This document shows positions 39,937-50,182 of a stretch of DNA of 64,000 nucleotides, in pieces (position 1 is the stretch's first letter; each line of letters begins with the position of its first letter). The stretch lies in the NCBI GenBank assembly GCA_963840855.1, contig CAWJBB010000080.1, forward strand, positions 1 to 64,000, read 5' to 3'. The notes beneath the pieces are model-generated. The model made no database searches. It was not told the origin of the DNA and was given only the letters and a program-made list of their open reading frames with translations. Source of the stretch: an uncultured delta proteobacterium (GTDB lineage Bacteria > Desulfobacterota > Binatia > UBA9968). The position numbers were made by a program, and so were the translations under genes.

Positions 39937-40697
39937 GCCGCGTTCTCCGGAGAGCCGGCTTCATGAAAACATTGCGCGAAGGCGCGCGCCTCGGGATCGT
40001 TGGACTCCAGAAGCAACGCCGGCGGCCCGAGCAAAATCATCTTGCCATCTTTGACCAAACCGATGCGCGTGCCAAGCACGAAGGCCTCGCGCACATCGTG
40101 GGTGACGAAGACCATGGTCTTGTGGAGGCGCGCCTGGAGATCTTTAAATTCAAACTGAATTTCCCGCCGCGTGATCGGGTCTAGCGCGCCGAAGGGCTCG
40201 TCGAGCAATATCACCGGCGGGTCCGCCGCAAGGGCGCGCGCCACCCCGACCCGCTGGCGCTGCCCGCCGGACAACTCCCGCGGATAACGCGCGCTGAAGC
40301 GGTCCGGATCAAGGCCCAGCATGCTCAGCAATTCGCGGGCGCGATCCTTGATGCGCTCGCTGTCCCAGCCTTCCAGGCGGGGCACGACGGAGATATTTTC
40401 TGCCACGGTGAGATGGGGGAATAGACCGATCTCCTGGATCACGTAGCCGATGCGCCGGCGCAGTTGGATGGGGTCCCAATCGAAAGTAGAGCGGCTTTCG
40501 ACACGGACTTCGCCGTCCGTGGGATCGAGCAGGCGATTGATCAGCTTCATGGTCGTCGTCTTACCCGAACCGCTGCGCCCGAGTAAAACCAGAGTCTCGC
40601 CCCGGTTGATTTCGAGATTCAAACCCGAAAGCAGCGTCTTGCCGTCGGCCAGACGAAAACTCACGCCGTGAAATTCAATGCTCTTTTCCGCGTCCAT
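39933..40697 (-). CDS. Quaternary-amine ABC transporter ATPase (OpuA/ProV/EgtV-like, no CBS domains)
   Basis: GRSGSGKT, GYVIQEIGLFPH, LSGGQRQR, DEPFGALD. Confidence 0.93.
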   Translation of the reverse strand: MDAEKSIEFHGVSFRLADGKTLLSGLNLEINRGETLVLLGRSGSGKTTTMKLINRLLDPTDGEVRVESRSTFDWDPIQLRRRIGYVIQEIGLFPHLTVAENISVVPRLEGWDSERIKDRARELLSMLGLDPDRFSARYPRELSGGQRQRVGVARALAADPPVILLDEPFGALDPITRREIQFEFKDLQARLHKTMVFVTHDVREAFVLGTRIGLVKDGKMILLGPPALLLESNDPEARAFAQCFHEAGSPENAA

Positions 40698-40760
40698 CAC
40701 GTCACGATTACCATGGCTCGGGCTAGACATTCCACCGATTTTCTTGTAGTCACGCAGTTC

Positions 40761-41789
40761 ATGCCACCGACGTCAGATGCATTGTTGATCGCGCCGGAAA
40801 AACAGGGCCGTTGGCGCCAGGTTCAACCCTTCGTTTGGTCGTTCAATGACGACACGCAACGGGAAGATCCGGCGAGGTCGGTTATGAGGACGCTCTTCGA
40901 CCAGCCGCGCTGGCTCGAAGCCTATCATCTCTACGACGACCAAGGCTCGGAGCTTTTCGAGCGCATCTGCGAGTTGCCGGAATATTATTTGACCCGTACG
41001 GAGAACTCGATCCTTGAACGTAACGCCGGCCGCATCATCGCCAGCGCGCCGGCGCAAGCTTTAGTCGAGCTCGGCGCCGGCTACTCGAAGAAGACTATTC
41101 ATCTGTTGAAAGAACAGGCGCGCCAACGGGGCTCGGGAATCTTCGCGCCCATCGACGTAAGCCTGCCGGGACTGGTTGCGGCGCGCGACTTCACCGCCGC
41201 CAATTTTCCCGAGCTGCGCTTCAACGGCTTGCACGCCCTTTACGAAGACGGCTTTTCCAGCGTCGCCAAGGATATCCCGACACTGTTCATCTTTCTCGGC
41301 AGCACCATCGGCAACTTTACACCCCCCACTTTCATTCGCTTCTTCACGCAGCTTGCCCAAGCGATGGGGCCCAATGATTATTTGCTGCTCGGCGCCGACC
41401 GCATCAAGGATACCGGCGTGCTCGAACGGGCTTACGCTGACTCCCTGGGCATAACAGCCGAATTTATTCTCAACGTCTTTCTTAACATCAATCGTCTGAC
41501 CGGCGGCAATTTCGACACCGCCAAGATGCGCTACCATTCCTGGTACAATCCGGAATGGGCGCAGATCGAAATGTATGCGATTGCCACGGCGTCCCAGGAA
41601 ATTTGCTTTCCGAAATTTGGCGCGTCTTTTCATTGGCCCAAAGACCAACGGATTCTGGTCGAAATCAGCCGCAAGTTCGAGCCCGCGCGCCTGCAACAGC
41701 AGCTAACGTTTTTTGGCCTGTCGCCCGTCGCCCACTATACGGACGCCAACGATTGGTTTTCACTGCTGCTTTTCAAGAAATCATCTTAG
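40761..41789 (+). CDS. egtD: L-histidine N-alpha-methyltransferase family (EgtD-like)
   Basis: YDDQGSELF..I.ELPEYYLTRTE, ELGAG...KT, FLGSTIGNF, IEM, EISRKF. Confidence 0.85.
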   Translation: MPPTSDALLIAPEKQGRWRQVQPFVWSFNDDTQREDPARSVMRTLFDQPRWLEAYHLYDDQGSELFERICELPEYYLTRTENSILERNAGRIIASAPAQALVELGAGYSKKTIHLLKEQARQRGSGIFAPIDVSLPGLVAARDFTAANFPELRFNGLHALYEDGFSSVAKDIPTLFIFLGSTIGNFTPPTFIRFFTQLAQAMGPNDYLLLGADRIKDTGVLERAYADSLGITAEFILNVFLNINRLTGGNFDTAKMRYHSWYNPEWAQIEMYAIATASQEICFPKFGASFHWPKDQRILVEISRKFEPARLQQQLTFFGLSPVAHYTDANDWFSLLLFKKSS

Positions 41790-41880
41790 GATTATCCTCG
41801 CGCCTCTTCGACCCTAATCTCTTTTTTCGCGTTGACAAACCACCGCCTTCGATGAAACAGTATCCGCGGAGGAAACCCAT

Positions 41881-42861
41881 ATGAAAATAAAAGGAGGTTT
41901 GGCGGCCGTCCTAGTGGCGCTGCTGCCAGCAACGACCATGGCGGAAGACGTAATCAAAATTGGACTGTTCAACAAGGACGCGGTGATCATCGCCGCCGAA
42001 GCCAAGGGTTTACTCAAAGCGGAAAACATCCGCGTCGAAATCAATACCGTGACCGACTCGCCTACCCTGCTGCGCAATCTGATCAAGGGCAATTACGATT
42101 TGATCATAAACAACGCCGACAACGTGATTGCCTGGGCGGAAGGCCAGGGCGAAGACCCGCAAAAAAACGACTTCATCATCTTTCTCGGGGGTAGCCGGGG
42201 TGTGGATCAAAAACTGATCGTCGCGCCCGGCATCAATGATTACGCCGATCTCAAAGGAAAGATATTCGCCGTCGATGCGCCCACCACAGGCTACGCCATC
42301 GTCGGCGTTTACATCTTGAAAAAACACGGCCTGGAATGGAACCGCGATTACACGTTCAAGGCTTTTGGCAACACCGCGGGGCGCGCCAATGCCATGAGCC
42401 GAGGCGAAGCGTCGGGCGCGATGATGAGCTTGCCCGATGATGAGATCCAAAAGCGCGGTTTCAAAGTGCTTGCCCAAGCAAGAGACTATGTCAAACACTA
42501 CGCCCGGGGTCTGGGTGCCACGCGCCGGCAGTGGGCCAACGCCAACGAAGATTTATTAATTCGTTTTAACCGCGCGATGATCCGGACCAGCGACTGGGTG
42601 TTAGAACCGAATAACAAGCAAGAGGTAATCCAGCTCTTGCTCAGCGAAACCAAAAATAACAAAGCCCGCGCAGAAGCGATGTATGAGCAAACGTTAAGCC
42701 CGACCATGGGAATCACGCCGCGCAGCCGCATCGATTACGAAGGCATCCGCCAGGTGCTCCAGCTGCGCGAGATCGCGGGCTTGATGAAACCCGGTGAATT
42801 CAAAGCGGAGAAATACGTTGACGAGCGCTTTTATAATAAGGCCCTCGCAAGCATCAAATAG
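41881..42861 (+). CDS. ABC substrate-binding protein (NMT1/SsuA/THI5-like)
   Basis: Signal peptide, DLKGKIFAVDAPTTGYA. Confidence 0.85.
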   Translation: MKIKGGLAAVLVALLPATTMAEDVIKIGLFNKDAVIIAAEAKGLLKAENIRVEINTVTDSPTLLRNLIKGNYDLIINNADNVIAWAEGQGEDPQKNDFIIFLGGSRGVDQKLIVAPGINDYADLKGKIFAVDAPTTGYAIVGVYILKKHGLEWNRDYTFKAFGNTAGRANAMSRGEASGAMMSLPDDEIQKRGFKVLAQARDYVKHYARGLGATRRQWANANEDLLIRFNRAMIRTSDWVLEPNNKQEVIQLLLSETKNNKARAEAMYEQTLSPTMGITPRSRIDYEGIRQVLQLREIAGLMKPGEFKAEKYVDERFYNKALASIK

Positions 42862-42891
42862 CCGATTGGCCTTGGCAGGGGAGATTGAATC

Positions 42892-43284
42892 ATGGCCCGG
42901 ATCAAACATATCGCCATTCGCACTCACGACGTGGAAAAGACTGCGGCTTTTTATCGAGAGGCCTTCGGCCTCACGCAAGTCGGCACGGGCCAGAGCGGCG
43001 TCTACCTTTCCGACGGTTATTTGAACATCGCCATCTTGAAGCTACGGCCCGCCATCGAGGGCGAGCCTCTGAAGCTCGGCGTCGATCATATCGGCTTTCA
43101 AGTGAACGATGTCGGGGCCACCGTGGCACACATTCAACGGCTGGGCGGGAAATCGTTGACCGATCGAATGGACACGACCGCGACAAACTCGACGGAGCCG
43201 CAATCCTATTTTGAAGTTAAGTGCCTGGGCCCGGACGAGCAAGTGATCGATGTTTCCTCGGCCGGTTGGGTTGGCTCGGGATGA
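42892..43284 (+). CDS. VOC/glyoxalase family protein
   Basis: IKHIAI...FYREAFGL, DHIGFQV, GPD. Confidence 0.9.
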   Translation: MARIKHIAIRTHDVEKTAAFYREAFGLTQVGTGQSGVYLSDGYLNIAILKLRPAIEGEPLKLGVDHIGFQVNDVGATVAHIQRLGGKSLTDRMDTTATNSTEPQSYFEVKCLGPDEQVIDVSSAGWVGSG

Positions 43285-43295
43285 TGTGACGAATC

Positions 43296-43346
43296 GGTTC
43301 AAGGTTTCAGGTTTGCTCGGAAACTTTAGAAGCGCGTGTTTGAACC
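43296..43346. repeat. Degenerate heptamer GTTCAA...TTGAAC element
   Basis: GGTTCAAGGTTTCAGGTTT...TTTGAACC. Confidence 0.55.
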
Positions 43347-43365
43347 GTCCCCGGAACCAGGATGC

Positions 43366-44394
43366 ATGAAACGGAACGCTTGGCGAGCACTATTGTTCGT
43401 AACGATGATCTGCTTCGGCGTGGCAGCAGGCGCCGCTTTCGGGCAGGAGCAAGTATTCAAGGGTAAAACCATTCGGCTTATCGTTGGATTGGCCCCGGGC
43501 GGCGGCTTCGATACTTATTCGCGCGCCATCGCCCGCCATATGGGGAGGCACATCCCCGGTTTTCCCGCCATCGTCGTAGACAACATGCCGGGGGCAGCCA
43601 GTCTAGTCTCTGCCAATTATCTCTACAAAGTCGCCAGGCCCGACGGTCTCACCATCGGCAATTTCGTCGGCGGCATCGCCATGCACGAGCTTTTCGGCAA
43701 ACCGGGAATCGAGTTTCAGTCCAGGAAGTTCGAATACCTCGGCGTGCCGGCCCAGGATAATTTCATGCTCGGGGTGGCGAAATCGACGGGCATCACGAGC
43801 GTAGAGAAATGGATTGCTTCCGGAACCATGCTCAAGTTCGGCGGCGTGTCACCAGGCGGTGGCACCGATGACCTGCCCAAAGTCGTCAAGGCCGTGCTCG
43901 GTCTGCCGCTCCAGCTCGTTACCGGCTACAAAGGCACTGGACCAATCCGGCTCGCGTTTAACTCCGGCGAAGTACAGGGTGTTTCCAATTCCATAGAATC
44001 GTTTAATTCCACCTGGACCAGCGAGATGGAAAAAGGTGAAGTGGTAATCATTTTGCAGGAAACGGTCAAACCGCATTCTTCGCTTCCCAACGTTCCGGTG
44101 GCATTCGACCTGGCCAAGACCGAAGAAGGGAAAAAATTGATTCGCGCGCAGGCCACCATCAACGGCGTCACCAATCGCCTGTATGCCCTGCCGCCGGGAA
44201 CGCCCAAGCCGGTGGTTTATAGCTTGCGCAAAGCTTTCTCGGCGACACTCAAGGACCCCGAGTTCTTGGCCGACGCCAAAAAAGCTAGACTCGACATCGA
44301 TCCCATCGATGGCGAGGCAATTGCCAATGAAGTTAAAGGGCTCTTCAACCTCGATCGCTCGTTGGTGGAAAAATTGCAGGAGATCTTGAAATAG
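43366..44394 (+). CDS. TctC/Bug family substrate-binding protein
   Basis: GKTIRLIVGLAPGGGFD, NMPGA, PDGLTI, GYKG, PPGTP. Confidence 0.9.
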   Translation: MKRNAWRALLFVTMICFGVAAGAAFGQEQVFKGKTIRLIVGLAPGGGFDTYSRAIARHMGRHIPGFPAIVVDNMPGAASLVSANYLYKVARPDGLTIGNFVGGIAMHELFGKPGIEFQSRKFEYLGVPAQDNFMLGVAKSTGITSVEKWIASGTMLKFGGVSPGGGTDDLPKVVKAVLGLPLQLVTGYKGTGPIRLAFNSGEVQGVSNSIESFNSTWTSEMEKGEVVIILQETVKPHSSLPNVPVAFDLAKTEEGKKLIRAQATINGVTNRLYALPPGTPKPVVYSLRKAFSATLKDPEFLADAKKARLDIDPIDGEAIANEVKGLFNLDRSLVEKLQEILK

Positions 44395-44415
44395 CACCGC
44401 AGCGCAATCGCGCGC

Positions 44416-44607
44416 TCATTCGGAACGCCGACCGCGGGACCGAAGCATGAAACGATTACCGCACTCGCCGCAGCGATAAGGCAGAATGCCGAACAGGCTC
44501 AGGCACCGCTCAAAAAGGTTTTTCCGGCGGGAGCGCCGGGTTCTGCGGCTATCCCGGCAATACGGACATTGAAGGGTTTTCTTCTCACTGCCAATTGTCT
44601 CATTCAT
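44416..44607 (-). CDS. Small Zn-ribbon protein
   Basis: CPYC...RSRR..FER......PYRCGECGNRF. Confidence 0.65.
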   Translation of the reverse strand: MNETIGSEKKTLQCPYCRDSRRTRRSRRKNLFERCLSLFGILPYRCGECGNRFMLRSRGRRSE

Positions 44608-44806
44608 TTGAACAGCACCGTTAAGACCTGTTCAATTCTACGCACCTACTTTCAAGGTTAAAAGAGTGTCAACGCATTAAATTTGAACGTATAACTTTGA
44701 GCCCGTTAAGCCACAAATGTGGCGCGCGGCATAGGGACTGATTTATTGAAAGATTCTGGCCGCGCTTGATTGCCTTGATTTTTCCACCCAATTCTTGGCT
44801 TGCTGA

Positions 44807-45814
44807 TTATTTTTTTGCTTTTAGCCGATACATGCGCGTCGCGGTATCGTGAAATAGCGCCGCGCGTTCGCTCTCGGAATAGTTCGCCGTAATCCGTTTG
44901 AAGGCGTTCCACACCACCACGTAGGAATTGGCTCGCTTTTCCACCGGGAAATTGCTCTCGAACATGCAACGGTCAGCGCCGAACTTTTCGATGCATAGCT
45001 CTACGTAAGGTTTTAGCGCCGCCGCGAGCTCCGTGGAAGACGGCTGCGCAGCGCGCTCATGCCAATCGAAACCCGACCGTTCTGACCCAAGCCCGCCTAA
45101 CTTCACCGCCACGTTAGGACAAGCGGCTACCCGCAGGATGCCCTCACGCCAGGCCTCGAAGACTTCGGCGCGTTTGCCCGCGTAGGGGCCGACGCCGAGG
45201 GGCGCTCCTATATGATTCAGGATGATGCTGACAGTCGGAAAGGCCCCCGCCAATTCGGCTAGTTCCGCAAGCTGCGGATGATAAAGCCAGGCGTCGTAGC
45301 TCAATTTATATCGCGCAAGGCAAGCAAAGCCGCGGCGAAAGGAGCTTTCGGACAAAAATCCGCGCGACGCCTCGTTGCGCAGCACGCCGCTCGCATCCCA
45401 TGTCGTCGAATGGCGAATGCCGCGGAAGCGATCAGGGCTCGCGGCCATATGCGCTTCCAGTACTCCTGCCACCCCATCGCCTAGACTAAGGTCGGCGAAG
45501 CCGACGATGGCGGAAGCAACGGCCGTGGCGATGCTCGGGTCCGCCGCAACACGGTTTGCGACCGATTCGAGGAATTCCGTCTCGCCGAGTGGCTTCAGTT
45601 CATCGGGGCCATCCTTGCGGTACATCGCCTTGCACTCGATGGCGACCGTCGCGACGACGTTGTGGCCGCAGCCGGCGTCTTGAAGAAAATCGGCCAGCAG
45701 ATAGCGCTCGCCGGCGCGTTCCCACAAATGATGGTGCGCATCGCAAATCGGCAACGCCGGCTCAAGCGGAGCCTCGCTAACAAATTCCGAAGATGGATTC
45801 TTCATTGTTGCCAC
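44807..45814 (-). CDS. Amidohydrolase family protein (lactonase-like)
   Basis: DAHHHLW, RFRGIRH, LNHIG, KLGG, FESNFPV. Confidence 0.9.
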   Translation of the reverse strand: MATMKNPSSEFVSEAPLEPALPICDAHHHLWERAGERYLLADFLQDAGCGHNVVATVAIECKAMYRKDGPDELKPLGETEFLESVANRVAADPSIATAVASAIVGFADLSLGDGVAGVLEAHMAASPDRFRGIRHSTTWDASGVLRNEASRGFLSESSFRRGFACLARYKLSYDAWLYHPQLAELAELAGAFPTVSIILNHIGAPLGVGPYAGKRAEVFEAWREGILRVAACPNVAVKLGGLGSERSGFDWHERAAQPSSTELAAALKPYVELCIEKFGADRCMFESNFPVEKRANSYVVVWNAFKRITANYSESERAALFHDTATRMYRLKAKK

Positions 45815-45885
45815 GATGCTTCAGCGCGGTTTGCAAGGCGCGAAAATGGAAATCATTGCCACAGGAATCGTCAGCGCAGGCATCG

Positions 45886-47157
45886 CTATCTGATCCGTTC
45901 GACTCCGCCCATATATGGCCGCAGAGCATCGGGAATCAGAACGCTGCCGTCTTTCTGTTGATAGTTTTCGAGAACCGCCACCAGTGTTCTCCCCACAGCT
46001 AGGCCAGAGCCATTGAGCGTGTGAACGAATATCGGTCTCCCCTTCTTATCCTTGCGGTACCGAATGTGCGCCCGGCGCGCTTGGAAATCTTCGCAGTTGG
46101 AGCAAGAACTGATTTCACGGTAGGCTTTTTGCCCGGGGACCCACACTTCCAAGTCATAGGTTTTCGCGGCGGCAGGGCCCATATCGCCGGTGCAGAGCTC
46201 GACCACGCGATAAGGCAATTTCAGCCGCTTGAGGACTTCTTCCGCGTTCTGCACCATGCTCTCCAGCTCCTGGTAGGAAGTCTCCGGTTCCGTGAATTTC
46301 ACCATTTCAACTTTGTTAAACTGATGCTGGCGGATCAGGCCCCGAACGTCTTTGCCGTAAGAACCCGCTTCGCTGCGAAAGCATGGCGTGTGGGCGACAT
46401 ACTTTATCGGCAGCTCCTCCCGCTCGATCATCTCATCCCGGTGCAAGTTGGTAAGCGGAACCTCCGCGGTGGGAATGAGAAAGTAGTCTCCCTGAGCGAG
46501 GCGAAACAGATCTTCTTCGAACTTAGGAAGCTGGCCGGTGCCGATCAGCGAAGCGCGGTTGACGAGCGCCGGCGGCAAGATTTCCTTGTAGCCGTTTTCC
46601 TTGGTGTGCAAATCCAGCATGAAATTGATCAACGCCCGCTCGAGTCTCGCGCCGGCATCCCGGTAAACCACGAATCGGGCGCCGGTGATTTTGGCCGCTC
46701 GGACAAAGTCCAGAATGCCCAATTCTTCACCGATGTCCCAGTGGTTCTTGGGTTCAAAATCGAACTCGGGCAGTTCGCCCCAACGGCGGATCTCTTTGTT
46801 GTCTTCAGCGCTTTTCCCGATAGCGACGCTTTCGTTGGGCAAGTTTGGCAAACTTAGCATGAAAGCTTCAAAACGGGCCTCGATCTCCGCCAGCGGCTTC
46901 TCGCTGTTCCGAATCGCGTCACTGACCTCTTCCGCCTCGCCCATCAGTGCTACGGCATCGGCGCCGGATTTTTTAAGCTTGCCAATTTCTCCGGACAATC
47001 GATTCTTTTTTTCCTTGAGTTTCTCGATGTTCGCCAGGGCTTCGCGCCGCTCGTGGTCCACGGCGAGGAACTCGTCCCAATCGATCTCAGCGCCGCGAGG
47101 CGCCATCCGCGCTTTAACCTCATCCAGGTTTTCCCTCAACAACTTTACGTCTAACAC
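45886..47157 (-). CDS. serS: Serine--tRNA ligase
   Basis: [37 protein letters not shown]. Confidence 0.98.
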   Translation of the reverse strand: MLDVKLLRENLDEVKARMAPRGAEIDWDEFLAVDHERREALANIEKLKEKKNRLSGEIGKLKKSGADAVALMGEAEEVSDAIRNSEKPLAEIEARFEAFMLSLPNLPNESVAIGKSAEDNKEIRRWGELPEFDFEPKNHWDIGEELGILDFVRAAKITGARFVVYRDAGARLERALINFMLDLHTKENGYKEILPPALVNRASLIGTGQLPKFEEDLFRLAQGDYFLIPTAEVPLTNLHRDEMIEREELPIKYVAHTPCFRSEAGSYGKDVRGLIRQHQFNKVEMVKFTEPETSYQELESMVQNAEEVLKRLKLPYRVVELCTGDMGPAAAKTYDLEVWVPGQKAYREISSCSNCEDFQARRAHIRYRKDKKGRPIFVHTLNGSGLAVGRTLVAVLENYQQKDGSVLIPDALRPYMGGVERIR

Positions 47158-47166
47158 GGTATTCCT

Positions 47167-47538
47167 CTAAGAGATCTCGAAGGCGTTTTGCACATGCTCC
47201 ACCACGGGTTCAGGCCCCGGCCAGGAAATACCGACGACGTCAAAGCGGGCGTCGCGCTCGTGCAGTTTTTTCTGGTGTAAGAAAAGCTGAGCAGCGAGAA
47301 TCATGCGCCGCTGCTTTCGCGGTTCCACGGCCTCCAACGGGGTGCCGAATCCATGATCGGTGCGCGTCTTCACTTCGACAAAAACGACAACCCGGCGGTC
47401 AAGCACGATCAAATCGACTTCGCCGCCGCGGCAGCGATAGTTGCGCTCGACGAGCGCATAGCCCTTTTTCTTTAAATAGCGCTCCGCGACCCTTTCGCCC
47501 TCCCTGCCGAGCGCCTGTTTTGAATTTTCTCCGTTCAT
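47167..47538 (-). CDS. yraN: YraN family putative endonuclease
   Basis: G..GE..A..YL, GEVDLI, FVEVKTR, RFDVV. Confidence 0.95.
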   Translation of the reverse strand: MNGENSKQALGREGERVAERYLKKKGYALVERNYRCRGGEVDLIVLDRRVVVFVEVKTRTDHGFGTPLEAVEPRKQRRMILAAQLFLHQKKLHERDARFDVVGISWPGPEPVVEHVQNAFEIS

Positions 47539-48230
47539 CGCTTTATCAAGGTTCCATCGGCTTCACACAACTCGCGCACCGGCGCAAAGCTGCGGCGGTG
47601 TACCGGCGACGGGCCATGACGGCGCAACGCCTCCAGATGCGCAGCGCTGCCATATCCCTTGTGGCCGGCGAAACCATACTGCGGATAGGTCGCATCCAAT
47701 TCGATCATGATTTGGTCCCGGGCCACCTTCGCAATAATGGAGGCCGCGGCGATGGAGAGGCAGATCCGGTCGCCCTTGATGATAGCCGTTTGTATTGTCT
47801 CCCGTCGGACGACTGCGAACCGGGAATTAAGAATTTCCACCGGAATCGTCTGGCTGCCGTCTATCAGCAAATGGTCAGGCGCCGGCGCTAGAGCTCGGCA
47901 AGCCTTAGCCATGGCCATTAGACTCGCTTTGAGAATGTTATAGCGGTCGATCTCTTGAACATCGACGATCCCCAAACCCCAGCTGATGGCGTTTGCTTTA
48001 ATGACTAGTGCGAGCCGCGAGCGTTGTTCGGCCGTAAGGAGCTTGGAATCCCTGATCTCGCAGTCCGTAAATCCCCGCGGTAAGACCACCGCTGCCGCCA
48101 CCACGGGACCCGCCAATGGCCCTCTTCCAGCTTCGTCGATGCCGGCGATCCATTTAAAACCGAGGCCGAAATTTTCTGCCTCTATGGGCACGAAATCCTG
48201 ATCGCCATCAGGCCGTGTCGCTATAACCAT
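47535..48230 (-). CDS. rnhB: Ribonuclease HII
   Basis: GIDEAGRGPLAGPV, DSK, IDG, SIAAASIIAKV.RD. Confidence 0.97.
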   Translation of the reverse strand: MVIATRPDGDQDFVPIEAENFGLGFKWIAGIDEAGRGPLAGPVVAAAVVLPRGFTDCEIRDSKLLTAEQRSRLALVIKANAISWGLGIVDVQEIDRYNILKASLMAMAKACRALAPAPDHLLIDGSQTIPVEILNSRFAVVRRETIQTAIIKGDRICLSIAAASIIAKVARDQIMIELDATYPQYGFAGHKGYGSAAHLEALRRHGPSPVHRRSFAPVRELCEADGTLIKR

Positions 48231-48296
48231 CGTGCTTCAGTTGTAACCAAAAGGATACCGCACTGCAAATAAGACCCCGTCCCAGGGGAGATTTCA

Positions 48297-48322
48297 GTTC
48301 AAAGTTCCAGGTTCAAGTTTCC
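48297..48322. repeat. GTTCAA heptamer micro-array between divergent rnhB and gatC
   Basis: GTTCAAA GTTCCAG GTTCAAG. Confidence 0.6.
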
Positions 48323-48355
48323 ACGATTGGCATTGTTTCTATGCTATGGTAAAAA

Positions 48356-48649
48356 ATGTCGATGGCACTCACGCGCGAAGAGGTACAACGCGTCGCGTTA
48401 CTCGCCCGCCTGCGTTTCTCAGGTGAAGAAGAAAGCCGACTCACCGAACAATTGGGCAAGATTCTCGAATATTTTGCCGTTCTGGAGCGGGTGGACACGT
48501 CCGGCATCGAGCCTATGGCCCACGCGCTGGACGTGGTCAATGCCCTGCGCGATGACCGGGTAACCAATGAGCCGAATACCGAAGCCCTCTTGGCTAATGC
48601 GCCGGCGACGGACGGAAACTTCTTTCAGGTTCCCAAAATCATCGAATGA
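48356..48649 (+). CDS. gatC: Asp/Glu-tRNA amidotransferase subunit C
   Basis: VALLARL, DTSGIEP, LRDD, NAP....FFQVPK. Confidence 0.95.
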   Translation: MSMALTREEVQRVALLARLRFSGEEESRLTEQLGKILEYFAVLERVDTSGIEPMAHALDVVNALRDDRVTNEPNTEALLANAPATDGNFFQVPKIIE

Positions 48650-50103
48650 ACCCATGCGCTCTTACGCTTCATGAGGCGAGCGAAAAGCTCAGCAAGCACG
48701 AGCTATCGTCTCAAGAACTGACCGCCGCGGTTTTTGCTCAAATCACGAATACCGACGACCGGGTTCATTCCTATATCACGCTTTGCCGCGAGAGTGCCGA
48801 GAAGGCGGCCACGAAAGCGGACGAACTTCTGCGACAAGGAAACCCAACGTCGCCCCTCACCGGCATTCCTCTCGCCGTCAAGGATAATTTTCTCACCCGC
48901 GGCGTCCGCACCACCTGCGCATCGAAGATTCTCGGCGACTTCATGTCGCCCTACGACGCTACCACGATCGCGCGGCTGCGCGCTCAGCTCGCCGTCATCA
49001 CCGGCAAGACCAATCTCGACGAGTTCGCCATGGGATCTTCCGCGGAAAACTCAGCTTTCTTTGCCACGCGCAATCCTTGGGACTTGGAGCGGGTGCCGGG
49101 CGGCTCGTCGGGTGGTTCAGCGGCCGCGGTAGCCTTGGACCAGTGCATCGCGGCCTTGGGCACCGACACCGGCGGCTCGATTCGCCAGCCGGCGGCTTTC
49201 TGCGGCGTCGTCGGACTCAAACCGACCTATGGCCGCGTGAGCCGTTACGGTATTATCGCCTTTGCCTCTTCGATGGATCAGGTCGGCCCCATAACCAAAG
49301 ACGCGCGCGACGCGGCACTGCTGCTCGGAGCCATCGCCGGCCACGATCCTGCGGATTCAACTTCCGTAAACCTGCCCGTGCCCAATTATGCGGCGGCGCT
49401 TACGGGCGACATTAGAGGACTCCGGATCGGCGTGCCAAAACAATACTTCGTGTCGGGTATGCAAAAAGAGACCGAGGACGCGGTGCACGCGGCCGTTCGG
49501 CAGTTAGAAAAAACCGGCGCGGTCATCGAAGAAGTTTCTCTGCCGCACACGGAATACGCCGTCGCCGTATACTATATCGTCGCCACCGCGGAAGCGAGCT
49601 CCAATCTGGCGCGCTACGACGGTATGCGGTTCGGCCGTCGCGCCCCCGCGAAAGACTTGACCGAAACATATTTGGAAAGCCGCCAGGAAGGCTTCGGCGC
49701 CGAGGTCAAACGCCGCATCATGCTTGGTACCTACGCGCTATCAGCGGGCTATTACGATGCCTACTATCTTAAAGCGCAGCAAGTGCGCGCACTGATCAAG
49801 AAAGACTTCGACGATGCGTTTCACCTCGTCGACGCCATGATCACGCCAACGGCGCCGACGACGGCGTTCAAGATCGGCGAGAAGACCCAAGACCCGCTAC
49901 AGATGTATTTGTCGGATATCTATACCATCTCGGCCAATCTAGCCGGGCTGCCCGCGCTTTCCTTACCCTGTGGTTTCGACCCGCAATGTCTTCCCATCGG
50001 CCTGCAAATCATCGGCAAGCCGTTTGACGAGGCGACGATTCTCAACCTTGCTTATGCCTACGAACAATCCACCGAATGGCATAAAAAGAAACCGGTGCTA
50101 TGA
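48646..50103 (+). CDS. gatA: Asp/Glu-tRNA amidotransferase subunit A
   Basis: [33 protein letters not shown]. Confidence 0.98.
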   Translation: MNPCALTLHEASEKLSKHELSSQELTAAVFAQITNTDDRVHSYITLCRESAEKAATKADELLRQGNPTSPLTGIPLAVKDNFLTRGVRTTCASKILGDFMSPYDATTIARLRAQLAVITGKTNLDEFAMGSSAENSAFFATRNPWDLERVPGGSSGGSAAAVALDQCIAALGTDTGGSIRQPAAFCGVVGLKPTYGRVSRYGIIAFASSMDQVGPITKDARDAALLLGAIAGHDPADSTSVNLPVPNYAAALTGDIRGLRIGVPKQYFVSGMQKETEDAVHAAVRQLEKTGAVIEEVSLPHTEYAVAVYYIVATAEASSNLARYDGMRFGRRAPAKDLTETYLESRQEGFGAEVKRRIMLGTYALSAGYYDAYYLKAQQVRALIKKDFDDAFHLVDAMITPTAPTTAFKIGEKTQDPLQMYLSDIYTISANLAGLPALSLPCGFDPQCLPIGLQIIGKPFDEATILNLAYAYEQSTEWHKKKPVL

Positions 50104-50182
50104 CAATGCGCAATCGTCGTAGACGGAGATTGGCGGCACAAACCGCGCCGTTTCCTTCCCGTCTCTGTGTCTGTCTGATTTC

